Assembly: GCA_973895155.1 (NCBI GenBank)
Contig: OZ316896.1
Span: forward strand, 7,387,278 to 7,451,277
Direction of reading: 5' to 3'
DNA length: 64,000 nucleotides
Source: Marsupella aquatica
Lineage: Eukaryota; Plantae; Marchantiophyta
The translations under genes were made by a program, and so were the position numbers. The notes under the pieces are model-generated. The model searched no databases. It was not told where the DNA came from and was given only the letters and a program-made list of their open reading frames with translations. Shown here piece after piece: positions 13,280 to 26,390 of the stretch. The stretch's first letter is position 1. Each line of letters begins with the position of its first letter.

Positions 13280-14430
13280 AGTTGAAGCTTAGTGGACAAC
13301 ACAAGTTAGGACTGCATCAGGATCCACAGCCAACGTCAATGTGGATGAACCAAAGTATGATGAGGAGAATTTTGAGGATGACAAGGAGGAAGAAGAGGGA
13401 GACTTGCCCCCAAATTCAGATGCAAAAAGTGAAGGAGGAGCAGAAGCTCTGCGAGCATTGAGTGAAAGAGTTGAGCAATGCTGCAAGTTTCAAGAGGAAA
13501 AGGAGAAAAGTAAACATACCGGACAAAGATGAGGAAGAGAAGAGGAAGAAGAAGAAGGGAGAGAGGCCACCTTCCAACAGCCTACGCTGTTCAAACTTCC
13601 AAACACCACCAATCTAGCAGAGACCTTGGGCCCTCACTCCGATTAAAAGAAGTAAACCCCTTGCGATCGAGACTCCTCCTACCCCTTGTTATTTCCTTTT
13701 TCTATTAAAAGAACTGCGGTCCGAGCTAGGGAGGATCTAACAAGAGAAGGGGAAGCTACAAGAGCTGCTGTCCAACAAATTAAAGAAGAAGAGTGGAGCA
13801 TGCGCTTGACTGCCGCCAAAGAAGAGGAGACAGGTTTACAAACTCAGCTCCTAGCAACCAAGGCAACTGTCAAGCAAATGGACAAGCTAGTGCGGTATGA
13901 GCAGAACGTTGGACGGAAGCTTGGTGAAGAGTTGAAAGAAGTAATAGTCCAACATGCGTTGTGTGGTTCTATCCCCAAACAAAAGGCGGATAAATTGCAG
14001 AAAGAGATAGAAGGGTTGGAGCAGAAGGTGGGAGAGGGAGAACAACCGGCGATCCATTTGTCTGAACAGTTGGCAAAGCAAGGGAAATTTGTAGAGGTAC
14101 TTGCCAAAGGAGAAGCTCTGGCCAGACTGGGGGCTTTGGAGTGTGAGGAAAAGCTCCAAGAAGCTGAGAGGACCAACCACAAGTTACAAAAGCCATTAGA
14201 AGAGAAGCAAGCATACGTCGCTATGTTGGAAGAAGGAGAAGAGAGAAGGGATAGGGAGAGAAAGAAATGGTTATAGGACGTAGCTGGTAAAAAGCTTATA
14301 ACTCAGCAATGCAATAAGGTGGTCCGGATCCCAAACGATATGAGGCCTGTAATTTAGAAGTACAGAGCTTGCAGGATGAAGCTGCCATGGCAACTAAGTT
14401 ATTAAAGGAGGCACTAGCGGATTGTCGTGA
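13280..14430 (+). pseudogene. degenerate acidic/coiled-coil ORF, probably a TE accessory protein
   Basis: ORFs 13341-13532 and 13686-14276 are E/K-rich and heptad-like, broken by stops and frameshifts. Confidence 0.5.
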
Positions 14431-15374
14431 CATATAGTATTGTACTAGCCATAGTGTATCGAAAACATACAAGTCACCGGCAATGCATATGTGCAAGCTG
14501 CTAGCAACCAACATGCATAGAAAAAGTCCAATCACATTCACAAGTGCCAAGAAAAAGCAACTCAGGTGGTATGTACGTAGTGGAGGTGTAAACCTTTGTA
14601 TATAAAAGGCGTAAGAGAAACAAACGTACTGAAATCAAATTGAAAACTGGCGGGATGCCAAGATCGGCCGGGAGCATCTAATGAATCACTATATGAATCC
14701 CGTGTACGGAATCGACGAGCACTGTCTGAGCTCTGTCAACAGCGATTCAAAAAGAACTGAAAAATGGCAAAGAAAAACATGCCCTAAGTAGGATCGGGTC
14801 CAGGCGTCACACTAACAAACACCTTTGCTTCAAGAACGGCCCAGACTCGCTACAAGAACATGACACTAACTCAAGTAGTACACTAGCCCTAACTACATAC
14901 CTAGTGGGCATGCAAGGGACATGCCAATGTGCACAAGAGGCATTGTCCCTCGGCATGACAAAAGAATGTTGGAGCATCTCAAGAAGGTGAGCTTAAACTC
15001 ATGGAAAAGATTCAGGGGACAGACGATAACATCCCGAAATGCCGTATAAGTAGATGAAGCAATGGGTTTAGAAACCTTTTTGTATTATTTTGGTGGCAAC
15101 TGAGATTAACAAGAGGGCAATTTGTCCAAACGGCTGTGATGAGATCTAACACAACATCCCAGTACGCATCAGATTCATGATGTCATTCTTTGAGTGGTCG
15201 GGGGCCACAGGGTTCACCAAACCTGTGGACTTGTATTTAAGATTAGGAGGGAGGGCCAATAGCAGAGTCACACAAATCTTGCTGTCCAAACTAGAGAGAG
15301 AGAGCATGCTGACCACCCTCATTACATAGCTTTGATGGCGGATGCAAACTCTTTGTATCCCGACTATCCTATAA

Positions 15375-15861
15375 AGAAGATTTGCTGGTATCAAAGTTAG
15401 GAGTACATGGAAAAGTCTTTGACTTAATAGAAGTCATCATGGAGACTTGGGCAACAAGGGAAATCCAAGTCATCTGTGGGAAGTATACACTTCATCGCCT
15501 GGTCACCTTTCTCTGAATGGGAGGATGACATAGTGTGGTGAGGAATGAAACACATGTGATCTTCAATCCATATTTCACCTCCCACATTGTGGTATTCAAT
15601 GAGTGGATGAGCTTTGTAGATATTCTTGTCTTACCCCAATTCAGTCACCTTGCCATGGCTCACTTTTATTTATTAGGAAGAGATCCGGCCGCAGTAGCCT
15701 ATGCAGGTGATACCATCCAAACCGACAAATTCCCCTTTGATCCGACTGACTTAGTTATGTGTGTTTGGGAGAAGACTTCATTTTGGGAAAGGGTAACCCC
15801 TACAGAGAATGTACTTAGATGGTTAGAAGAGAGTGTACATAATTATAGATTAGAAAATTAA
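15375..15861 (+). pseudogene. orphan ORF remnant, product unknown
   Basis: the frame of ORF 15535-15861 extends upstream through two in-frame stops (EDLLVSKLGVHGKVFDLIEVIMETW...). Confidence 0.35.
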
Positions 15862-16206
15862 TTTGGACCTGTGATTTATTGGACACCACATCAATTTACC
15901 GGGGAGCTCATAAATGAAGCTCAGGGGGTTAACTAAATGTATATTTTGGTGTACCACGTGCGATCCTAGCCTAATATAAATAGACCTATTTTATAAAATA
16001 AATATTCCAAGAATATTCTCCATTTTCAATATTAATAACCTATTTTACTTTGTAAAAGGTATATATTAAAGAATATTCCATAAGCATAAGTTTATAATAC
16101 CTTCTTTTGCCTCCTACGCTTTTTAAAATTTTAGTTAATTTATGCCAAAAATACCTTTTGGATCGCACGTGGTTCCTAAGATTTTTGATAGTCAACACCC
16201 CGAGAA

Positions 16207-16821
16207 ATGAAGACGGGTTTGGGTTACAATTAGAGACACACCCCATAGCGGCGTATCACTCCATATATATGGCAGCACAATCCCGAGGTGAGAGTGCGGC
16301 TGACCCAGCATGACGCAGAGCCACCTATGAGATTTTTGGCTCAAATTACACTATGGATAGACGCCCTTACATGTTGGTATCCTTTTGGGCAGACACTTAA
16401 GGATCCCTGCTATTTCCGGTGGTACTGTTTTGCGCGTTCCTTAATTGCGGTGGTGGATCGTCACGGACGGGCAAGCAAGATTAGCGTGAGCCTTAATGGG
16501 GAGATGCAGTGCAAATTCATGATTATGTGGAAGCTATTTAGCTGGGCAGGGCCAACAGCCGCTCGGATGTATAATTTATTGATCGACGCCAAATTCTTGA
16601 AGGGGGAGGACCCCATAATTAGATGTGGAGGACCAGGTCCAACGCCAACTCGGGTGTACCTTATCGTGTACCAGCCCAACCCTGACACCATTGGTGATGA
16701 GATTGAACTTGAGGACGAGTGGGGTCCTAATATTTACAAGGAATACCACAATTGGTGGGTGATAGCGGGTGAGACGCAGGGGGAGAGGGACGAGCAATCC
16801 TTAAGACAACAGATTAAATGA
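16207..16821 (+). pseudogene. orphan ORF, W/C-rich, product unknown
   Basis: 177-aa open frame 16288-16821 with an upstream in-frame ATG at ~16207 separated by two TAG stops. Confidence 0.4.
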
Positions 16822-16939
16822 GTTGCATCACTAGCGTTGGGCTTGCCGTCACATTGAAGCAGTAGAGGTTAGAGACGCAATGGCAGCCGAGTGGGAAGCC
16901 ATGCATGAAAGAGAATTAGGGTTTCCACCTATTATGTAG

Positions 16940-17504
16940 GGAATAGGAATAGGTTAGAAGGCTAATAGCTTGTTACTTAGGATCACGGCAGCCATTGCCC
17001 CATTCTTAGGACAATTTGTAAAGTATTTAAACCCCTCATCACTTTGGGGGGGGGGGGGGGGACATTATTCATTGCGCCAAGCAAACCCGCGTTGGCATGC
17101 AAATGTTCTTTCTCCATTTCTGAGAAGTCAGTCTTTATTGAATATCTAGCAAAGATTGTTTTTGAGGAATTGAGTTTCGAATACCAACAATAGTGACAAC
17201 ATGAGACTATCGTCTCCTGGATTGCAGGTCATCCAAACCAGTGTCAAGATCAGATGAGTTATACTGTTCCTTGGTTGTGTATCTTGCCTACAATAAGAGT
17301 AAGGATGAAGAGCTACAATGATGAGGTGAATGTGGAAGTTTAGCGGGAATTAAGCTCCCAGGTCATACCTCCTGCCTGTGTTCGGTGAAATTATGCATTG
17401 GACTAAGGCCCTTTACGTGTTGCCTTAGCATGCAAGCATCCTGGGGGTAGTTAAGGGAAAAGAGGTAGTCTCCCCTTTTTCCTATCCCCCGGGTGGGTCG
17501 GACA
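16940..17504 (+). mobile_element. LTR-like 3' segment
   Basis: TATTTAAACCCC TATA-like box, long G run at ~17046-17061, terminal GGGTGGGTCGGACA; no TSD identified. Confidence 0.35.
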
Positions 17505-20500
17505 CTGCTAAAAAGCTCACCCCCACCATTGTGTACCGTCTCGTGATCCCGCGGTCAGACTAGAGGAGGGGGTACCTGGAGGAGGTTTGGGCGGAGCACA
17601 ATGCTTTGAGTGGACGTCCAGGATAAACCTAGACCAGGCTCCAAGTCCTATTCTTGGTCCGGATACCATCATGATAGGATGTCGGATTCAGAAACCTGTA
17701 AAGAGGGTTCTGAAGTCGAAGGTTAGGATAATGAGAACTATGCATAACCATGATTTTCGCAAGTTAGTTTGTGTCTTGGTACCCCTTTTTGATCAGTTGT
17801 GGACGAGACCTTCAAAATTCCAAAGGGCTTTCCATGCAGTAGTAGTGTAGGAGCTGTACATAGTATTGATAGTTGTGTGTCCACTTTATGTAAAGCCTTG
17901 TAACCTAGGGCTGAAAAAGGGTTCCCTCGAAAGAGGATAGTTAATTAGTTCCAGAGTATAAGTCGCCCCGGCCCTCTTAAGCTAAACACAACACTCATCA
18001 AGGGAGAAGGCTGGTCTGGATACATAATCCTGACTTGGGTTTGTTGCTTCCGTGTGCTCCACCCTGACAACAATCGTCAAGCTTTTAACCAACATGTGAC
18101 TCTTAATTGTCAAAGCTCTTGAACACCTGTCTGCCGTGAGTGCGGCTTCTGTCCTGGGGACTAGGTGCATGAGGTTATTTAGGGCAAGAGAAGTACGTAC
18201 TGGCTGCGGACAAACTTGTCTGTTAAGGCTTGGTTCCAGGCCTCTCTAGCTCTCCTGGGATCTATGTCTCTATTGAGGTTGATTCCCTTTGCTGGCTGAG
18301 TTGGAGGAATCCGGGGACGAATCACTTCATGGCTTGTTATGGAACTGATCTCCTTGCACCTAGGATGCACTCCCTTGTCCTTGTCACCGGTTACTCTGAC
18401 CTCGTGGATGGATTCTGCTGCTCTCATCTGGGACTTGTTAGCCTTACTTGTTTTTTTCATTTTTTTCTTTCTTTTGGTTTTGCTTGGATTTGGTGTAAGG
18501 GATTGGCGATCCACTGCTACTTCAATGAGATACAATATGAATGGGTCAATGGGGTGCTCGGGCTGCAATTTTCCAGGTGCCCGGTCCCTACTTGATGTTC
18601 CTTTGTGGGCTCTTTTTGCCCTTTTCCTTCCTTTGGATGCTGTTTTGCCCTTTTGGCCTGCGCGTTTCCCCATCCATGGGTTTACGTTAAGCAAGTTTTG
18701 AGCCAAAGTAACAACTACTAGTAGCGGTAACTCTATACAGTAAAATGGGAGTATACCAATGGCCATATATGTACGCTTCCTTAAAAGGATCTTTGATTGG
18801 GGGGTAAGAAGTTAAGGTAAGATAGGAGAGCCACTATTCATTCTGCTGGTTGCAACCTACTTTAGAATATCAGTTTATTGGGCGGAGCTTTTGGGACTGT
18901 TAGCCGTTGGGTTTAGGGTTATAGGAAGGCTAATTTCTTTGTATAAACTACAAGCAACCATGGCAAAGATCAATCATGCTCCATATATTCTTTTGGCGTT
19001 GTCTTCTCAAGTACACGAGGCAGATTGTTGCTACCTACAAAGAAACTGATCCCAAGAGGGCAGCAAGAGAGTGAGCGAACATTCAACCATTGTGGAAAGT
19101 AACACATACATCATTTTGGAACGGGGAATACATACAGCAGTGAGCCTGTATTATTCAAGGGGAGCCAAACCAGGAGCCAAACATAGACAAATTAAACCAG
19201 TCGATGTTTGGGGGATGGGGTGACCATACGTAAATTAAACAAAAATGAAAAAAAAGAATTTCACTGTCCAGAGACTCCCCTGAGATGGTGATACCCCTGT
19301 AGTTGGTTCATGACCAGCGGCAGGCTGAACTGGTATTTTCTTCAGCTGGAATTTGTGCTCTCGGCAACGTGGTGGTAGAGGATCAACTACCACCACATTG
19401 AATTGCACAGGAGGCATATGCAGTTAGTTACTCTGGACATCTTTTTTACTCTTTTGCTTGAGTTCTTTGGTTCTCTCTACCCTATATTTGACCAGTTTTT
19501 ATGGGCTTGTGCCATTTTTAAAAGTAAGCAGGGGCCTTATCCTCCTATTGCTGTCCTCATGAGCTTCTTTAGACAGAGGGTGCACTTCAGAGAGCTCACT
19601 CTTTCACTATTTTTTGTAGAGACAAGGGCCTCTAGCTATGTTCCCCTTTGTGACCCTCCTATACAGTTTACTTTGGAACTCTACTGAGATTTTCCGTTTT
19701 TTGCCCACTTGGAATTTAGTCTGCTTGGCCTATTACGTGAGCTTTTTGTTCTTTTATTGGTGTGGGGGGCTCCCCTGGTTGTTGGGCATCTTTAGTCTTC
19801 TTGGGGTCTTTATTTTCCCTCCATTTATTGGGTCTTTTTGTCTTTGGTTTCCTCTCTAACATTGACGCCTACTCTCATCTATGTATCCATAGAGTAGGTT
19901 TTTGCTTGGTTGCGTCAGGGGCATTGTCTAAGTATTTTGACTGTGGGCGGCAGCAAGTCGAGTCGCGCCCAGTGTCCGTGCTTAGTGCTGCACCGTAAAG
20001 CCATGAGAATTAAAGTACAGTTGTGTACTTTAATGAGGGGGATAAGGTCTACGCACGGACCCTTTCTATGTTACGACTCACTAGCAATAGTTAAACGAGG
20101 CGCAAACGGGTAAACAGAGTTCACATATTTCGATTTCTTTTCTTGTTGTACTATCTCTTTTGCCACAGTCATGGGTTGTGCAGCGTCTTGTGCTCTGTGA
20201 CTCCCTTCCAAACCCCCAAAATAAGCAAGGTGGGGATTTACGAGAACAGTCTTGTACGTTTGAAGGTTTGATCGGGCACCTGGCGGATGCTCATTAGCGG
20301 ATCCCAGTTCATGGAGAGCCCCTTTCCAATTACGAGACCTGTATTTCGTTGCCAAGTGGCAGCACATACATTTCAAAAGTCGAGTTGTTTCCAGCACCCA
20401 AGTCGTGAAAAAAGCATCATTGGGCTCAATTACTGTTACAAATTCATCCAGAACGGATTTTAGCACGAAAGCAAGTCAAGAGTAATTTGTCGATTTATTT

Positions 20501-23500
20501 TAAGGCACCAAAGATACTCGAACTTTACTGTATTGAGTACCGTTCAATCACTCTATCGAGTAACATCAAGAGATGTTTCGCGGAGCCAAGAGATTCTTTG
20601 CAAGCAACGACGCATAAGCAGTAGCATGTTATACGATAAAACGAAGCGAACTAACACAACTAAATTTGAGGAAAGTGTGTGTTACTACCCTACCTCCCAC
20701 GTTGAATATAATTGATAGCTTAAATACCCCCAAATTATTTTAATTAGCATGTAGTCCCTCAGACCATAAGTGGTCACCCAGTCAAATCCACAGTAACTCA
20801 AGGTGGCCTCCCATTAGCCCACAGTGTAACCCACTTGGGTTAGTCCTAACCTGCATAGCTATAATCCTATGCTCAATTTTGGCGGGCAGGTTAGTAAAAG
20901 CAGTGTTAACTTTTTAGCAGAACTCATGTGGTTACTCATCCAACTTCAACCTTATATTGCCCAACTTACACTACATGCCTACAACGACTGACATGTGTGC
21001 TGATTCACCACAATTTAGATTGTATATAATTGTAGAAAGATTTGGTCGATAGTCACAGTAATGTAAGTCCCTCTTCCTTTATTTCCCAATTTGTATTCTT
21101 CCAGGACTTTCTATACCATAATTCGCTCCCTAGCTCAAAGGTTTTGACAAGGGAACAGGTATGCATGAGGTGAAAGGAGGGCCTTGAATAAAAGACCTTC
21201 ACAACATCAAGGGTTGGCCCTGACATGTTTCCGTTTGACGGACAGGATATATTTGTTGGGAGTTCAAATTTCCCCATTTAGACACTGTTCGTTCTTGGCG
21301 GAGTGGGCTCCGTTGGTGTTTGGTGAGGTGTGGGAGGCTTACTATTTTGGCAAATTTTCACCCTTGGGAAAAATGCTAGCCACCGCACCTTGATCCAGCC
21401 AAATTCCACCTCACTGAAAATTGTTGGTCACTTTGGTTTTGGGTTTTTTTTGTCTTGGACTCGCTAGTTTTCCACTTAGCCACAGACCCCACTAGACGGA
21501 ATCTGACCGTTACCCATAAACCTAGGGAGATGTAATGGTCAAGAATTAATGATTGTAATTTGTAAACCCCTTCCTCAGATGTCAACTGTTCTGATACACA
21601 AGTTCCCAATCTGGTCGGTGGACGCTGTCGTCCAGCCACAAGAGTTTGCTGCGGTTCCGTGTGCTCCGGGGGGCGCCTTGGTTCGGGCTTCTATAGGCCT
21701 TTGGGCCGCTTGTTTCCTTTACCCCATGTAACTAAAATTGATGTGATTTCCCCGCTCAAGAGTGGTGGCCGGTTACTGTTTACGGCGAGGTTTCCCGTCC
21801 TCTTCATCAAAGAGCTTATCACCTTACACATTCTGTATGTGGCCTGTCGTCTGCAACACACAAACAGAAACTACAAACCATCGCGACCGAAAGCAAAGGA
21901 GCCTGTATCCTTGAACCCACTCAGACACCTGAAAGGTTGACGTGTATTGACCCAACATCTTTTCCTTTCTGACGTGAGTGTAACACGAGCTACAAGTGAA
22001 AGTTATTTTCTGTTGCTGCCCAGTTCTTCATTTTCCCAGCCTATCCTGATCGGCGTCACTGCAGTAGGGTACGTTGCTGACTTGACTCGGATGAAGGATT
22101 TCAAGTGGGACTGCATCCGTCACCATCGTCACTTTGGTGTATTTGTCCCCCCCAAAACAGGAATCTCAGAACAGGCCATGTCCCTACTACCTGCTCATCC
22201 TGGCTACGTAGGCCTGCAAAAAGGCAGCAAAGTATCACAGGAGGTCATGTTGCATTTTGTTCTCTGGTGCTGCTACTAATGAGCTACGGTATGCACTATG
22301 CCCACCTCCACGGTATGCCCATCTCCAACTTCATGGTGGTCACAAACAAAATAGCTTCAGTGGAATCCAATGCTGCCTCAAGTAGACTAGACTAGACTAA
22401 AATAGGCTACGGGACATGTGGTGCATTGTGCTCGCCACGCAACTTCCATATGGGACGTAGAAAGGGGACGAGCTCCTGATAATTTTGACGGATCGGACGA
22501 CTGATAACCAATCCGGCCAAACGCATTTGGGACAGGTGCCGAACTTTTGATGTGACGTGTTCGCGTTGCTTGCGAAAGCACAAGGTCAGTCAGACAAGGC
22601 TACAGCGAGAATGGCAGAATCTTGGGGAGCTAGACGGCTTACACTGTCCGGTGCGCAGAAGGGAATAGTGATCGCTGTCGACCCAGACTTACTAAATTTT
22701 CTGTTTTCAAATACAATCAAGATCTCTACCATTATGAATGGCTATCGCCTGGCAAGGGAAAAGGTTTGGTGATCAGTCATGCTCAAAATGCTCATCAGCC
22801 GGTCCACGAACTCTGGCAAGGCCTACCCCGAGAAAACTAGCCACTGTCGCTATGATCACGTAAGAAACTGAGATGGGGAGGTCATCATGCACCGAGTCGT
22901 TCCAAAACTGACACATTGGGACACAAGTTGAGGAATAAAAATTATCATGGTCAAAGTTGCGGCAGTGGGATCGACTGAATCTGCAGAAACATCGAGAACC
23001 GTCGTCCATTCAGATTCCAGCATGACTGGCGCGGAGAATGTCATTACCCGATCATGCATTCCGTTACGAGGACTTCACTGAGTTTACTCACTTTGGGACG
23101 GTCCATTTTTCTGTAAGTTGTTGATTTCTCAGGAGTGTTCCGAAAAGTGAAAAGAATTAGTATTAACCTAGTAACCGAAATCAACGCTATCATGTGCACT
23201 CACATTTAAAAGAACCCTGAGACTAGGTGAAGCAAATAAATCACTACCGTAGGAATGCAGCAAGAGAAAAGCGTCCTGAAATGCAAAAAAATTCCAACTT
23301 TATCCAGCTGATGTAAATGGCACTATCGGATTGCGATTCAACGCTCAAAGGTCTTGGGAGCCTGAAGAAGCGAATCTGCTGTTCCTACCATGAAATTGAA
23401 AATCTGAATTCCGTGTTTGCTACAAGTGGCGAACAAACTAACATTGCGAACTGAACTTAGTAGAGTTACTGTTTCACTGGACGGTCTCATCTCGCACAGC

Positions 23501-26238
23501 TTTCTTCAGGTGCATGAATGTAACGCGTGGTACGACGGTGACAAGCTTCGTAATTTACAAGAACTGGATAAAAGTGCATACCAACTCCTACAGAAACTAA
23601 CACGAGTAAAGTTCACCATTGCACTTCAGTCCTTGTCTTTCCGCATCACAGATAAATTTCGCGTGTCGAATAGACAGAAACAAAACTGCCCGCTAAGAAA
23701 GCCGATATAACCCCTGCCTGCCCAAGTTTGCGAAAGGGTTTCACTGGACCAGCTAAGCAGCTCAGTCGGCGGGGTGGTGCGTCGGATGTCGGACGATGGC
23801 GGCAGGCTCCGAAAACGCGATACAGTAATGTGAGCTTGACAACGAGCTTGACAAAACTTGACTGGTGTCCTCTGGTTAGGTCCAGTTGTGTTTGTGGTTG
23901 GGATTTTAATTACAAAATAAGACGTCCATCGAATTCTGGTACACTTTTATTATATAATCCCAAGAAACTAATATTGACTTGATGCTTGAGAATATATATG
24001 TAAGCATGCCCGTTTCCAGTCCTTACAGACTAGGTTATACACTACTTGCCTCTCGTTACTTACTTAATATCCCTTTTGTTTGATGCGTTTTTCTAGGGGC
24101 TTGAATCCCATCCTTCTTCTCAGACACAGACAGAAGGTTCCAATTTCCAAGCATTGACGAGTAATTCTGCAAGGAGGTGATACTGTGCCAACTTCCCCTT
24201 AATACGCTATTTTTGCTTGTTGTTTGAAATTGAGCAGAATTCAAGCCCTTTGGGCTTAAACATTGGGTTCCAAAATAAAATAAAACGATAATCGATATGT
24301 GAGATACAACTACAGTGGTTGCTGCTCCTTTTCTGTGAGAGCCCCTCAGAGCCTACAAGTCCTGTTGGCCCACCCAAATCGAACTAGTAGAATGTTATTG
24401 GTTGGGCCTCTGCAGCTCGACAGTAGCTTCAGATTCATGCCCTCCGCCTGTTTTAAATGCTCGAAAGGAATATCTACCGGTAGGCCTTTGACATATATGT
24501 GAACGGTAGCAAATTTCTTTAAAACCAGGCGGGCTGCCGAGCCGAAAACCATTCAACTGCCACGTAGGGACAGCTCGAGCGACAGTACTACTTACTTTAC
24601 GTCATCGGTTTCAGAGTTTCTGTGCGGGTGAATTTGAACTTATCTCACCACTGAACAGCTTCTGTAGAACAGTGGTTTTATTCTTGAGTTGGGGAAGGAG
24701 TTAGAGTTGCAACTCGGAACCCCACCACGGAATGTGGGATGGCGATGGGTATCTGTAGCACCTGAAAGAAGGCCTTGGCTTGCAAATCCCTTGGTGACGG
24801 GAGGGAGAGCAAATCCCTTGGTCAATTTCTAAGGACTTAGTTTTCTATATTTCTAATGGCTTAGTTTCTAAAATTTCTAATGGCTTAGTTTTTTCTTAGT
24901 TTTTTTTAAAACCCTTGATTTTAGAAATTATATTGATTTCTATAATGGCTTAGTTTTTTTTTTTACCACCCTTCTGCAAGTCTTTCTCAAATTGTTCACA
25001 GAATTTCATCAATTTCTTGGTCGAAATCAGTCAATCAGTGAGGAGCTTAATTTCAGCAGCAGCTATTGTTACTTATACTAGATAAGGCAATATATGGCTC
25101 TGGAGAAGTATCTATAACGGAGCAATCAATAGTTTACAACAGTGTGTTCAGCAGCAATACTCAATAGGAGTCCAATAGTCGGCGTTCACCACTACTTCAG
25201 CATATATACTTGATGGTTGTTAGTTCTTTGTTTGAATGACCTCATCACTACCGGTACACTTCAGCATATAAAGTTGATAGTTTTCAATTCTTTATTTAAA
25301 TGACCTCTTGTTAATCTGTTAAATTTGCTTTGAATTCATTTGCAAAATGGGTAGAACCAACCAAAGAGACAAAATATATAAGACAAAACTTAACTCGAGT
25401 CATCAAATAACTTTCTCCCCTTTGCTATAATTGAGATTCCTGTTAGATCTTTGGGAGATTCCATCATCACTTTGATAGGCTCCTTTCACAGGCCAGGCAG
25501 CTCGAACATTCACGGACGAGTGGGTTGAACTATCAACCCACCATATCCATTGTGACCCATGCACTCCTGTTAGCAGATTTTAGTGATGTTACAACATACT
25601 CAAGCTTGAGCTTCCCAAAAATTTTGCAAAGCACCATCGATCGAGTGTTAGCTCCGAAGAATTATAACTCAACATTATACGCAGCATCTGTGCTTAATAA
25701 GGCCGCGAGCCCACCACTGTAGAGAAAATTGCGTGCCTTCAGGTCATAGATCTCTAGTGAGTCGTGGTTATTAGTGTGTCTCCGGAGACGCTTGCCCCTT
25801 TAGAAGACATTCATGTCCCATTGCCTACTTCATTATGACAGTCTATGTAGACCATCAGCTCATCTCACTGTTGCCTACACGTGTGTAGGCAGTTAACTTA
25901 TCACAAGCATACTTTCCCTATTTTTCTTTTTCCTCATTCTAGGTTTTTAAGGGTTTCTCTTTGCACATTTGTTTTTGAGTCTGGTGTTTGTAAGTTCTTG
26001 ACTTCAGTTCTTGACTACTTTTGCTTGTTCCTCGTTGTACTTTGGTTGGCCCTTTTTGTAAATACAATTATTAGAGTGTTGTTTCCTTCATAAATGGGTT
26101 TTGACAATTTCTTGAATCGTGTGAGTAGTTCTGCCAAATACTTTTGCAGCTTTACAGATATACCAGTTAAAGGGATAATATATAGCATTCCAATAGCACC
26201 TGCATGAGATAGGCTACTAGAATTGCAAGATTGGAGAG

Positions 26239-26390
26239 TTATTTGCTTGATGGACCTCAATATGAAAAATTTTCACTTGATAGGACCCCTGAGTGATCTA
26301 TACTGTTGAGTGACCTTGAATCAAAACACCTAAAACTTCAGGGTCTCTCAAGTAAAACTTTTCATTTTGGGGTCTCATCAAATCAAATAA
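26239..26390. mobile_element. MITE-like fold-back element
   Basis: TTATTTGCTTGATGGACCTCAATATGAAAAATTTTCACTTGA..GACCCCTGA is an imperfect reverse complement of TCAGGGTCTCTCAAGTAAAACTTTTCATTTTGGGGTCTCATCAAATCAAATAA. Confidence 0.7.

Noticed and set aside
18179-18766. 195-aa lysine-rich minus-strand ORF
   Set aside because: Low complexity, no identifiable domain; probably a decayed TE fragment.
20071-20466. 131-aa ORF with faint resemblance to a transposase zinc finger
   Set aside because: The motif is too weak and no catalytic domain or TIRs were found.
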